From Trichoplax adhaerens (taxonomy: Eukaryota > Animalia > Placozoa), in NCBI RefSeq assembly GCF_000150275.1, contig NW_002060951.1, positions 64,775-128,774 on the forward strand: a DNA stretch of 64,000 bases, written 5' to 3'. Position numbers and translations under genes: made by a program. Numbering within the stretch: the first letter of the stretch is position 1; each line of letters opens with the position of its first letter. The notes under the pieces are model-generated. The model saw nothing but the letters and a program-made list of their open reading frames with translations. It was not told the origin of the DNA and did not search any database. Shown here in pieces: positions 46,371-59,162 of the stretch.

Positions 46371-46569
46371 TCCGCTTTCTAATCATAAGGAAATAAAATA
46401 GGATGACTGCAAGATAGTAATAGACCAATAAATTAGTTATAGGCATATGATAGCACATTCTTAAAGGACAAAAACTGTCAAGACACTTTCCGAAGATAAA
46501 ACTCTTTATAGGTGTTAATATCGTGATTAGATTTAGTTTTAAGGCCGCTAACTATATCATGCTAGTTTT

Positions 46570-47150
46570 TGATCTTTTAATTTAAATTATACACATTCAC
46601 TTGATGAAGTTGGTATGCATCTAATTATTCTCTTCGGTAAACACAGCTGCAAGTAGAATACAAGGATCTACAAAGGAAGTAGTATTTAACATCGTTACAA
46701 TGCTAAAAAAATTAATATCAAAGAATATTGTGATTAAAATCGGCTTCCTTAATCTTACATTTAAATCAGAATTTAGTAAATTAGCTATAATGAAGCATGC
46801 AAAATCAAATATAGATTTATAAAACATTACAGTAACTAATACAAATAAAAAGCGAAACAGCGTTATCTTTGTTTCGTCCATTTATACTTATCCATTGAAA
46901 TTAAGGTCACTGTATCCTAATAAATAATCACTTTTGCTCTTTTCAGCCGTTAAATATGTTTTTTAATTGTTGATAATTGTTTTCTCTTGACTTCACGGTG
47001 ACGGTTAATCAATACATGTTAATGCCAGTAGAACTAGCTAAACTATCAAGCAGTAGAATAATCAATAAAGGATCCGTTTTCGATGACAAAATGTCTTCAA
47101 TGTACTTACTGTAACTCTTAGTAGCTAGCACCAATCGTTATTGCATTTAC
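46570..47150 (-). pseudogene. Decayed class A GPCR (TM5-TM7) between TRPM-B and TRPM-C
   Basis: DPLLIILLL (TM5) and a basic ICL3 NRHREVKRKQL, then ORF 46621-46881 reading ETKITLFRFLFVLVTVMF (TM6)...TTSFVDPCIL (TM7, DPxxY-like). Confidence 0.55.
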
Positions 47151-47747
47151 TTATTTTTGATTAAGTAAATATCATTATTTTGATAAGAGTTTATATTTCA
47201 GATTTGATATAACTTACAAGTTACAGTGTATTATTCGAAAAATGCATCTGTAATTTATTAATTTTATTATAACCTTACCACATTACGATTTGCTTATGTT
47301 TATAAAATGGTCGAGTGAAGACAGACTTTTTGGTAATAGATTTATATGAGTAATTTTTACAACTTCAATGTTCGATATCCTATCGCAAAAACCCATGCCT
47401 TTAAAACCAAGAGATATGAGTAATTTACTATTTATCTTATCCTATAGATCTTTACGGTGACTTGGCGACTTGCAGCCTGAAATACGCAAGTAGTGCTAAA
47501 ATACGATATTTAGATTATTAATTAGACTACAACCCGTGCTCAGTTCTATAATATCACGACAAATATCCAACTACGATACTTTCCTAGAAGATTTTATTGC
47601 ACTGTAAAACTGTTACACTACATTTATGGCGCTTATAGTGTGGTGTTTTAAATCTTATTGTACACTGTTTATGGTTTTACAAAAATTTCGTAATCATAAC
47701 TTAATTGTATCTTAAAGGAGAAGAAATCGAATTTGAAGGGCAATTGA

Positions 47748-50700
47748 ATGATGACTAAGCTATCAATCAAGGAAAGTGCGAGCCAAGAGCTTAATGAACT
47801 TAACAGTACCTCCTGTAGGAAGTGGAAAAAAATTCAATTTCGTAAATGTGGTCGTATCATTTCCAAAGGATTGGTAAATTGATGTAGAAATATGGCCTTA
47901 ATGCTTATTTCACTTTCATTATCGTCGTCAAGAATATATTCTTGACCTTAACAAACATTTTAAAATCGTAATACAGTTTCTTAATCTGATCTGTAGAATA
48001 ATACTTATTGCAATAACATTGTTTACTTTTCCAAGCTTCAGTGTTAATTCTATAAGTTAAAGTGTTATATATGTTATCACCACAATATATTTGATAAAGC
48101 ATTTCTAATTTTGATAGCACTGCAGAATTCACCAAAATAACGATGAACTTCAGATAATTGCCGATGAAATGAGTTTGGATATGGGAACTTCTACAGTACC
48201 GAAACAGGCCATGTTTTCTATTATAGGTGCATCCAAAGAGCATAACTGTGCTCGGCAGTATTTTGCATTATCGAAGACCCTCTTCAACTTAAGGTCCAAG
48301 ATGCAATGTTATCTTGTAACATCATGTAGAGCATCATCTGTTATTCGAATTGCCTGCGAAGGACTTTATAAGAATAGAGCAAGTGACTATTCAAACCGTA
48401 AAAGTGCTGTCATCGTCGGGATGAGTCAAAATAATCCTCAATTATGGAGTCGGTTTTCTACTTTAGTTGAGGTAGCCATGAATAAAATTTTGATCTTAAA
48501 TGAAAGTTGTCCTTATAGCGATAAATCAATCAGTGTAGCTTCTTTAATTGATGTGGTCATGCTGAATACTTCTGCTTTATAATATTGTACCAGGATAGCG
48601 ATCACACAGGAGCTTCCATTTATGATATTCCTATGACTGAAGACACCAATACATTATCACCCTACCATGATTATTACTATTTGTTGGATGGAAATAAAAC
48701 TAGTGATGTTTATAGCCTCCGATTACGATTAGAGAGACAGATTTGTACATCTAGCGCTTCAATGAGTATGTATATGTACGCATAATAATTACGTATTAAA
48801 TAATTTTCCAATTCAGCTTCATTGATTATCACTACACTTGATGATAGAATAAAAAATATGAAGCTAAGTGTAATAGAATGTTTAAAATTTTTTTAATTTC
48901 AGGTGATATTTTGAGAATGTACTTTTTGGTAGGAGGCGATTTCGATGATTTGGAATACGTCGATTGTGTCATTAACGCTGGCTATCCAGTCATGATTATT
49001 GCTGGCACAAGGGGTGCAGCAGATATTTTAACGAATCTTTTGGAAGGAAGATCCGATCTTAAGTAAGGTTTCCTTAACTCTCGATATGCTGTAGATGCTT
49101 TCTTGCAAAATTATTTACAAATGTTGGATAGAAGTGGTAATTATGTAAAGTAGACGTGCTGAAACGAAAATAAGCCTGCTACTGTATCTCCCGTTAAGAT
49201 TTAAGTAGTATCGCTTTTCTTAAATACTATTTAGCGCAAGTATCTATAGAAGCCTCAAGATACGATCCTTCCTGGCAGATTCAAAACGTTAACTTGGATA
49301 GATTAAGTCAAATCATATACAATATTGGCAGCAAACGTAACCATGTACGTCTATTTCACACATTTATTAGCTTAATGGTTGTTAGAACCATTAAACTGAA
49401 ACAGGATTCATAATGCACTTGGTTACTCATCTCCTCGTTATATTTCGAAAACACGCACATATTTAAGTTCAATGTCTATCATTTTTTAATAGGTTTATAT
49501 TCATGAAAGTAGACATGGCGAGGCTTTTAATGACAAAATTTTCGAATTTGTTAAATCAGGTATGTTACAGTTAGGCCAGCAGAATATGGCCGAACCATAA
49601 AAGTCATCTTGCTAAAGCCATAGTTATAGCACAAGTGTATAAAATGATCTAGCCGTGGCTAACTTCATTTGATTTAGAATAAAAAATTAATAACTAATGA
49701 TGTTTTCGTTGCTTTTTGAAAAAAATAGTGAACAGTAAGACGCTAAATGATGAGTATAGAGTAAGATTATTTTGGAGCAATGTTGATGATGAAAAGCTAA
49801 CTCAGGATTTAATTTTTACAGTAAGTTTTTAAATTTTCATGATGCTATTTCTGTTAGTAGTGGTTACAACTTAGTAACAAGAATTAACTCAATAAATTAA
49901 GTTGCTCTATTACAACTGTAATTGTATCCGAATTACGACATGTTCTGATTCATATAATATTGTATTAAACATAACAGATAGCAAGGTTTAATAAAGTATT
50001 CGTTATTTTATGATAGATTGAGAATTATCAGAAAGAAAATATCTCTGTCGAATATTTACTTAAATGCGGATTTTTGAAAGGCTCAGGACAAGTCACATTG
50101 CTTCTTGCCAATAGTAATTTCATGAGCTACGCGGATATTTTTAACAGAGCTCTAGAGTGGGAAGCAATGAAACCAACGCAGGAAATATTATCCGCTTTGG
50201 ATTGGATATTTGAAAAAGGTGAAGATGAACTTTCCCAAAGTTTAACTGTAAATGCGTTGGATAATATGTACAGGGTAAGAAAAAAATCAATTATTAGCCA
50301 TAATTTACTTCGCTGCTTCAATGATACTGCAATTAAATCGATATATTTATTTAATAAAATAAGATATCAAGGTAGTATGAATACGTCGGTCAAAATGCGT
50401 TATTACTTTATTCCGCTATTAATTTATTAATTCTTGTTTTATCGATGATAGTTCTCGAGATCGAAAAATAAGGCTATGCAGGTAGTTAACCCTGTAATTT
50501 TAGCGTTCTAAATGAATAATGCTAATCGTTAGGGTAGTATTGGACATATTGTATTTAGGAATGATAAAATTTATAATTCACATAACTAGCCTAAGTTCCA
50601 ACTAAAAGATATAGAGTTCATATTAAGTATCCTTTAGCACCTAAAAATTTCATAGAATATTAAAAAGCGCCACCGTATGATTATTTAGGTAGGAAGTTTA

Positions 50701-53700
50701 ACTGAAGCTGGCCAAATGGTTGAAAAGACTATGGGGTACGGCTATGCAAATCCATACGACGAAATAGAATCTAAAGCCAATGTAATGAGTGACATGGACG
50801 ACGTACATGTGCAGGAGCCATTCCGAGATTTGTTCATATGGGCCTTATTTTCTTTACGACTTCGGATAGCATTACTGATATGGAAAAGACTTAGGCATCC
50901 TACGTCCGCAGCGCTAGTTGCATACAAAATTTTAAGCAATCAAGCAGATGAAACATATAATCAAGAAGAAAAAGAAATGTATCAGTCTTATGCAAAGTAG
51001 GGAAATCACTAATGTTCTAACGCCCTTATAGGCTTCTCAATCATTATAGGCTATCCAACTCAGTACTTATAAAAATAAAACACCACTATTTGTAAAATAA
51101 ACTTGAAATATTTACTTACGTTTAATTTGTAATTGTGATAGTATTTAAAGTTTTTGAAGCTATTATTTCCTATGCAGAAAAGCTGAAAAATTATTATATA
51201 GTCGTATTTAAGTTATTGTACACTCTTATGTGATGTATGGAAATTTTCTTTCTTAGTAAATTTATGGATCTTGCCTGTGAAATTGCTAATAAGGTACATT
51301 ATCGCGATCGCCGTAAATGTCGCTTCATGATGCTGCAAGAGGTTGTGGAATGGGGCAAAGTATCTACGTTTTCTATCATTGCCTTGCATAATATGCCAGA
51401 AATCATACAAAGTGACGGTTATATTAATGCCCTTGAGGCAGCCTGGGGTCGCAATATCGACATTGATATACCAAATTCGGTGGTATGTCCATTTATGTTG
51501 CAAATACATGTATAAATTTATTTATAAATATATTTTGCATTGGGAAATTATCGTTACTTTTGGATTAGTTCTATCTATATCATACGAAATCAGCGAGAGC
51601 TAACTACCTTTTCTATATTATTTTATTATAATAACTCAACTTTTAGAATAATATATAATAATTCAAATGTATATTGAACTATATATACTGTATGTATGCA
51701 AATGTAAGCTCACCTCACCTATTAGATGTAATATCTCTCTCTGTTTTGTTTCATAAATTTTCTACAGCTTCTAACAAGTTGTATGCTGCCAATACCTCTT
51801 GCCTCCTGGTATATCTTCAATGACCAAAATCGGTTAGTAACTTTCAAATAGTTCATGAAATACCGTACTTGTCTTACGATTAAATTGATAAGCACTAGCT
51901 ATAATTATTTCTTAATCGACAGTTGTAGATAATTTCATGTAAGTGTTAGCCTCCCACTAATATATACCTTTATTTTATTTTTTTTGTAATTAATATTTAT
52001 TTAGATATTGGAAAATAGCTAGGGGTCCTTATCAGTCAGTTGACCGTAGGCTGCTATCTAGACTCTACGAGCTTTATGATACACCTTTGGTTAAATTTCG
52101 CTTAACCTTCGTAAGTTTATACGAAAGTTCAAAATGTATCGAAATGTTGCAATTTAATGCTTATCGATGACCTACGTACTTGCAATTTGGTTATATTATA
52201 AAGCTGAAGTAATGAATTAGCATACTGTAGTCAAGAATTTACCGGTATCTACTGAATTATTAATTCCCTATTGTATTTTGATACATATAGTTGGTTTATG
52301 TGGGCTTCACGGTTACCTACGCGGTATTCCTCATTAGATACTTTTATGATCGGCTATCTCCATTTGAAATAGTTATCGCTGCTTGGTTAATAGGGAGTTA
52401 CATTGAGGACATTCTAATGGTGAGTACATTTCTATTAAAGTCTATAAGCTGTATTACTAACCAATAAGTGTTTCTAATAGTTATTCTTTGGATAAGATAA
52501 GGCGGAAAAGTAACAATATACAGTAAAAAATTGTTCCTGTTGATTGTAAATCTATCGCTAATACTAGATTTTACTGCAATCTGCCAATGTCGTAAATGAA
52601 ATTCTCCTATTGCTAAAAATTGCTAATAACTTTACATATTTAATTTATAGAATCGATGGAAAAATAAATTAAAGTGGAGCTTCTGGGATATTCTATCTCA
52701 TCTAATGCTAGTCATATTCATAGTGTGCATTAATATGCGAATACAATATACAACAGTGGAGATTAGTAGGATGCTTTACTGCGTCAATTTTGTAGTGATT
52801 TGTATAAGAATTTTACAAATTCTATCACCTAATCGTAAACATGGACCAAAATTGATCATGATTTGGGAATTAGTATGTAATATTAACGTAATATTATAAT
52901 TTATACAGTCTCGCTAATCTCTATTCTTCATTAAAATTTAAAGCACACAAGCTAATCAATGTCCATTTACTTTTTTCATTAATTACGCGATGAATTGGAT
53001 GATATTTGGCTAGCTATGGGATCTATTCTCTTTCTTTACCATCCTCTTTGTTTTCTTGATATCATACGGTATAGCATCTCATGCTATCTTGTATCCTAAT
53101 GGAAGTAAACCAACACAAGCACTGTCAGATATACTTCTCAAGCCATTTTATGCCCTCTTTGGTGAATTATCCGTTGATGAAACACGTAAGACAATAGCGT
53201 TAATCATAATAAGATATTTTATTGAATATTGTTTTACAATAAATTGCTCATACACAACTTTTAAGCTAAAATTTCACTATATTTTTCACCTACATTTATA
53301 ATCTACAGTAAAGTACGTAAAATGTCCATCGGATGCGCCAGTAAATTTTAATTTATCCGCTAATCCGCTTTCCAGCGTTTATGGAAACGGAACGAGCTCT
53401 ACTTCGTATACTTTTTACAACTGTATGGCGGTGGAAATTACTGTTAACATTCTCCTGGCTTTCTATTTGGTCATTGCTGTTATTCTTCTTCTTAATCTAT
53501 TAATTGCTATTATGAAGTAAGTGTGATATTACAATACTTCAAGTCATTTAATTTCGTAAAGGTTTTTAAGGTTGACTATATAGCATTGCATTTGTCTTGA
53601 AAGGATTTTACGCATTTTAAAGGGTTTTTGATTATGCTTTTATGAATTATTTCTATTATGATAACAGCAAGAGCTATGACAAACTAGAAGAAGAAGCCAA

Positions 53701-54668
53701 ATTATTATGGGCTAGCCAAATGACCGGTTTAGTTCTTGAGTATACTTATCGTAGCCCGATTGTCTCTCCATTCAGTATTCTCCTCCTGCCAATGGCTCTA
53801 GTTTACGCGACCATAACTGGAAAGTGTATCGATGTCCGTATTGGAGGCAAGCGAAATAATTTTTCCGCACCACTTAGTAAGTTTTTCTCTGTGAAAGCGA
53901 CATAAAATAAAATTCGTCTATATGGCAATGTCTGCTCTGATTCTAAGGCAAATATTACGATTAAACGTGATAGTTCAAAATCATTTATGCCATTCAATTT
54001 ATTATTTATCAGAATCAACTAGAGATATGACAAGTATAGAACATTGCCTAGGTTCCATTGAAAAAGAAATTCAGAGTGATATTATAGGAGACTCATTAGA
54101 TTTTATTGAATTGACCAAAGCTGACAGGTACGCTAACAATTCGTTAGTTCATTTTTCAGGTTAAGTAGTCAGTTGCTAATGTATAGGCTTCTCGTAACAA
54201 AGCAATCAAGAATTTGCTGTATAACAGCAATAACGCCGTTCGTAATTCCGGTATTTTTTGATAGTTACTACGTTGTATCGTAATTCGTATGAAGGAGCAG
54301 CAGTTTTACAATTCTTCTAGGAAGCATATATAGCTGTAAACTTTCTTTTAATGCATCGCTTTGTGTAGAATATTTACCCGTTAATTTGAAAGGTAAATTT
54401 ACCCTACTAGTACAAATAATTTATGACTGCAGAGCAATTTTCAAGCTGCTATCGATGGTATCGTAGCGTCATCATCTTAAAATCGCCCTTAATTGTTGAT
54501 ACTTATAATAACATTCTATGAAATATTTGTAGGGATGATCGCCAAGATGAAGAAATTAGGCAGTTAAAGGAAGAACTTAGTAATATCCGTACAAGCCTGA
54601 GCGATATTAAGGAATTACTTCAGTCTCAATCAAGCCTTCCTATAAATTCTGAACAAGAAAAATTTTAA
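47748..54668 (+). CDS. TRPM-like cation channel C, multi-exon, with C-terminal coiled coil
   Basis: ATG at 47748, exon 1 to 47873. Motifs LSPYHDYYYLLD, FLVGGD..AGTRGAADIL, EPFRDLFIWALFSLRLRIALLIWK, VEWGKVSTF, LYDTPLVKFRL, HGPKLIMIWEL, PFYALFGE, NLLIAIM and WASQM..EYTYRSPIVSPF. Last exon DEEIRQLKEELSNIRTSLSDIKELLQ; TAA at 54666-54668. A few small exons are uncertain. Confidence 0.92.
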
Positions 54669-55499
54669 CATGTTAATAATATAGCAAGTCTCTTCATTTT
54701 ATCCGCATTTTTTACTGTTAGGATAAAGTATAACTGGCGTAATCGCCAATTTAGGATCTTTGTATAACTATGACAGAAATCTTTAAAGGATGATGCGTAG
54801 TGTTAAATTTTAGATATTATTATGACATATCAGTTAATACAAAATTTAATTTATAGAATCTACTTGATAGAAGAGCTAATTTGTTATGGGAAACTAAACT
54901 CAGACTGAAACTGCTTTCTCTACAAATTCTATAAATGATAAAATAACCATTGCTAATATCAGCTACGGTAACAACGATGTACGAATATATTGTAACGGTT
55001 CAATTTTTTAAATAAGATTTATAAAATGATAATGTATAGTATGATTCAGACATGTTAAAATGTTATTAAACATGCAATATTAACGTAATATCATATTCTC
55101 CTTGAACTTTTTATAGTTAGTTATTATCACAACCTTGTAGAAATGTAATAAAAATAGCCATAGTGGCAGCTTTACAATATGATTTTCGTAGTTGACTAGT
55201 TAAGAACTTGCCAAAGTTTTGATGAGTGGTGAAGAATTCCTGTTTTGTTCTAGCTCGTTATAGCAGTTTAAACGCGTATACTTACGAGTACACACCATAT
55301 CGCCCTTCTTTTCAACATCCTTATGACCAGAATATCACATGGCTATAACCGAATCTTTCGATCAAATATTCATTTAATTTTCTTAGTTATATGTGCAATT
55401 AACGAAAAGTGAAATACCTTATCAATTTTTATCTGGATAGCAGCAAATTTAGACTCATGGATTGCTGCTATGTTAGCAGATAAACTGAGTAAAGGAATA

Positions 55500-56250
55500 T
55501 TTTTCATCCGCTACAATTTTTGAGTATAACTGCAGCTATCGAGACTCAAATCAACATGATGGTATTAGCTTGCTATGACTCTAGAAGCTGTCTTAATAAA
55601 TCTTAATATGCGTACTTTATGCTTCCGGAATGCTGAATAACGCTTCTTAATTGAGAAGAAAATAGTTTTGGATGGCTAGAATGTACAGAATAATATCTTA
55701 ATTAATTTACAGTAGAATGGTAGCCTTTCAAGCAATATAATTTGTGAAATTTTACTATCATAGCTATAATCGCAGCAGATTACAGCTTGTTATAGCTCTT
55801 AGTACTGTAAATTTATTCAGAAAATAGGTAACGGTGCTTTGTATCATCCAAAATTAAACTTTATGAACTGAGGTTGACTCAGCATAAATTTCGTTATTTG
55901 TTTATTCGGAGTTGAGCCAATTCAATAAATGTAATGAGGGTAAGGTAGGTAATTAATTGTTTTACCATAATAATATGCTGGTGAGATGATACTACCCCAG
56001 ATGTTTAGAAGCAAGTAAATACGGTAAGAATTTTTAATTACCCAGACACCACTAGAACTGAAGTAGCAAAAACAAATGTTGTAGCCTTTTTGGAAATTTA
56101 TACTGTAGCTCAAATTTGACTTTGCTGTGACAAATTTTCGAAGAATTTAATTGAGATAAAGTATTTCTGTTACTCGTACAAAAATTTTAATTTTATGTAA
56201 CGCCATTTAATCTTAAATCTTGCGTCCGAATCAGAGTTGCGCAGAGATTA
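55500..56250 (-). pseudogene. Possible GPCR relic (ECL2-TM6)
   Basis: ORF 55922-56113 reads ICFCYF..SYRIYLLLNIWGSIISP (ECL2/TM5); downstream are SAAIIAMIV and RLPFYC (TM6-like). Confidence 0.35.
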
Positions 56251-56479
56251 CAACAATTGGCTACCATTTAGGATTTCGATAATGGTATATTTCTATAATT
56301 TCCAATAATTTAAGTTTCTTTTCATATTGACATAGTCTTTAACTGAGATCTGCTACCTGAAATTACAGAATTTACTCATAATTGATGGAAATAAAGCTTA
56401 CCCGATCTCCTTCTAAACTAATCTGAGACCAATTTATTGCTAAATAATTAGAGTTTCAATATTATATTCTACATCGCTA

Positions 56480-57150
56480 CAAGACTATCTGAAGTAGCTG
56501 GTCTTACATGTAAGATTTCTAAAGTCCTATTAAGATGGAATGCTGTTACTCATCTGCCAGATGTTAGCGTACTGTTTACATTTATCTTTACTGAAATCCA
56601 AAGCGTAACTTATTCATTCGTGAAAACTACCGCTGGCCTGCAACTATCCTGTCGCCATTTTCAAAGTCTTACAGCATTTGTTGCTAAGAATCTCAAAGTT
56701 GGTATAATTTTATAAAGGATTCATTGTCAATTTAATACACTATCGGTATAATGTCTGTAAGAGCGGACTACAAACGCGCAATTATGAATATATTTTATCC
56801 TGGATACTGTAATCCAGACATAGTCTTTCTTTTTTGCGCGAATAATAAAATCATCAAACAGGTCAAAAGATAGTAAACGCCTCCATTGGATCAACGTGCA
56901 AGAACATAACCGTACAGCTTTTGTATTGATTAACAATGTCAAATCCGCTGATAATTGCATTTAATTGGCGGAAGGAGATTTACTGCCTCGAAATTATTTC
57001 TGACACTGTACTACATGTAGTATAGGTGCTATGCAAATAGCGGATGCCGTTAGCGTTAGTTCTTATCGTATAGACTGTCTACGTTGCATGTACGCACACA
57101 AATACAATGTACATTTACGGCATAATCAAATTCTCTTGAGTATTCCTTTT
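56480..57150 (+). pseudogene. Decayed class A GPCR (TM2-TM5)
   Basis: Open frame VTHLPDVSVLFTFIFTEIQSVTYSFVKTTAGLQLSCRHFQSLTAFV, then TIGIMSV-ER (frameshifted)..AIMNIFYP and MPLALVLIV. Confidence 0.45.
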
Positions 57151-58349
57151 TCAACAAAAAAACTTGTGTCACGCTAAGGCTTTATTTCTGCAGATCCACC
57201 GTTGAGTAATCATTTGATACTATATTCTGTAAAACAGAATCATTTTTCGATACGTACGGTGGTGGAAGAAGCAACTTCATTAAATCTCTACCAGTCATTA
57301 CGATAAAATTTGTCAATTAAAACGGATCCTTCAATGCTTATATATTCTCTAATCACTGCTCATTTCCTATATTGGTAAAAGTAAATGAAATATTTAATAA
57401 TTGAGAAATGACTCCAAAGAATAGCATTTGAAAGAAAGCCAAAGCTATAACATCTATGCGATCACTAGGATAGAAACATTTTTAATAATCGAGAAAAAAG
57501 GCTCCAGCTACAATAATAAATTCCGCCACTGCTACAAGAACATTTTACTTTGAGGTTTAGTACCTAATTGATGAAATAAGTTAAGAACGTGGGCCACCTT
57601 ATAGCGCAAGAATAAAAGGTAAGATTTAAAAGGTAACTATATGATTGTTGATATGACATGCTTACCCACATAGCAGGATAGTAATTTTCGCAGAAATTTA
57701 GTGATGATGTACTAGACATTACACTACTAATAGTTTGTAGGAAGAAACTGTCAGGTATTCATAATTGGACCTAAAAACTTTTCAATACAGCGATATTACC
57801 AGCTAAAGTGTACCGGTAAGTAATTAATCTTTGATCTTGTAATAAGTTTACAAATACAGTATTTCTTGATGGAAATTATCGAAATATAATAATTTAACTA
57901 ACTTTTTTGGATAGCTTACGATAATAAATTTTACTTGCCATCTCGATTTAAATCATTTGATGAATGCAGCTAGTAAAGGAGTAGGGTATGCGTAAAGTAT
58001 CCCTTTCTGATCGGTATTTTAAATCCTCTAAACTTAGAGTTTTAATTATAAGGGATAATGAGATAGTATAGGCTTTCGATCTATACAGTGTGGAATATCA
58101 TCATAATTATTTGCAGGTACGGTACTGTCTTTCTTGAAAGTAGCGATACTGAACGGATTACTATCTTTAATTATAATTATAGTTTACTCTAAATGTAGCT
58201 TTTAACATATCTTGGTTGATTAACTATGAAGTCACTTTATACGAGTAAAGGATTATTAATCAATGAATCATATTCATTATTTATTATTTTACGTAGCGAA
58301 TTTTTAAAGATACTGCGCTTCATCTTGATAGCTGAAGACTATGTGATGT

Positions 58350-59110
58350 CTATTAAACACTATACGAAAGGATATCATTTTGGTACTTTTCATCATTATA
58401 AATCTTCACTGTAGAGGTCGATGATACATATCAATAATACCCTTTGACTAGTCTATATTAGAAGTTATAATCCTAAGAAATACTTTGATTTTATCAACAT
58501 GGCAATCTCGCCATCCCCTCAGGCATACAGATTAATTGCTCATTGTTAAAATCATGCATTGTATTCAAAGACTCAAACATTCATTCTGTATTGTAATTGC
58601 CTAGGGATTAGCCAATCAATAGCAATAAACTGCATTCATTTTGCTCGTAGATAAAAGAAGTAGCAAGTAGTTCGGGCTGTAAGCAGATGTCTTAAGGCTT
58701 AGTATCATAGATCTAGTACATTATATATATAACATATTCATTATCACACTGCTGGCATATTTAAATTTGATACTAGACCGTTTGCCCTATTTTATTTCTT
58801 CGCGTAAATTGTATGATTTTATAACACAACTACAACGCATTAGAAGGAATTTAAAACATGGAACGAATTATGATTTAGATACACTTACATTTAATTATCT
58901 AAGACATCAACAAAAAATGATTCAAATAATTTGGTGTAGTATAATAGGAAGCTAGTTCGAATGTGGCTACGATTGCATACATTATATTATTAGACCGTTA
59001 TTGTTCGATTTTGTTTTGGTTTAGTATCAGCTATAGCTGTTATCAATCTAAAATATGTATTGCAGATTATGAATAAATTGCTAATACATGATATAGCAAA
59101 AGGAAGTGCA
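58350..59110 (+). pseudogene. Decayed class A GPCR immediately upstream of SLC18B1
   Basis: YFDFINMAIS (TM2, ~58481-58510) and LYCNCLGI (TM3). ORF 58767-58955 reads LPYFISSRKLYDFITQLQR..RHQQKMIQIIW (TM5-ICL3-TM6), followed by AVINLKYVLQIMNK (TM7/H8). Confidence 0.5.
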
Positions 59111-59162
59111 ATCACTTAATTATTCTCTCAGCTAATATTAAATTTAATATTAGAAGTTAGAA

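Noticed and set aside
56530-56710. ENYR..FKVL resembling the RT motif NYRPIS..SKVLE
   Set aside because: It needs several frameshifts, whereas a single open frame gives a GPCR TM2-TM3 reading.
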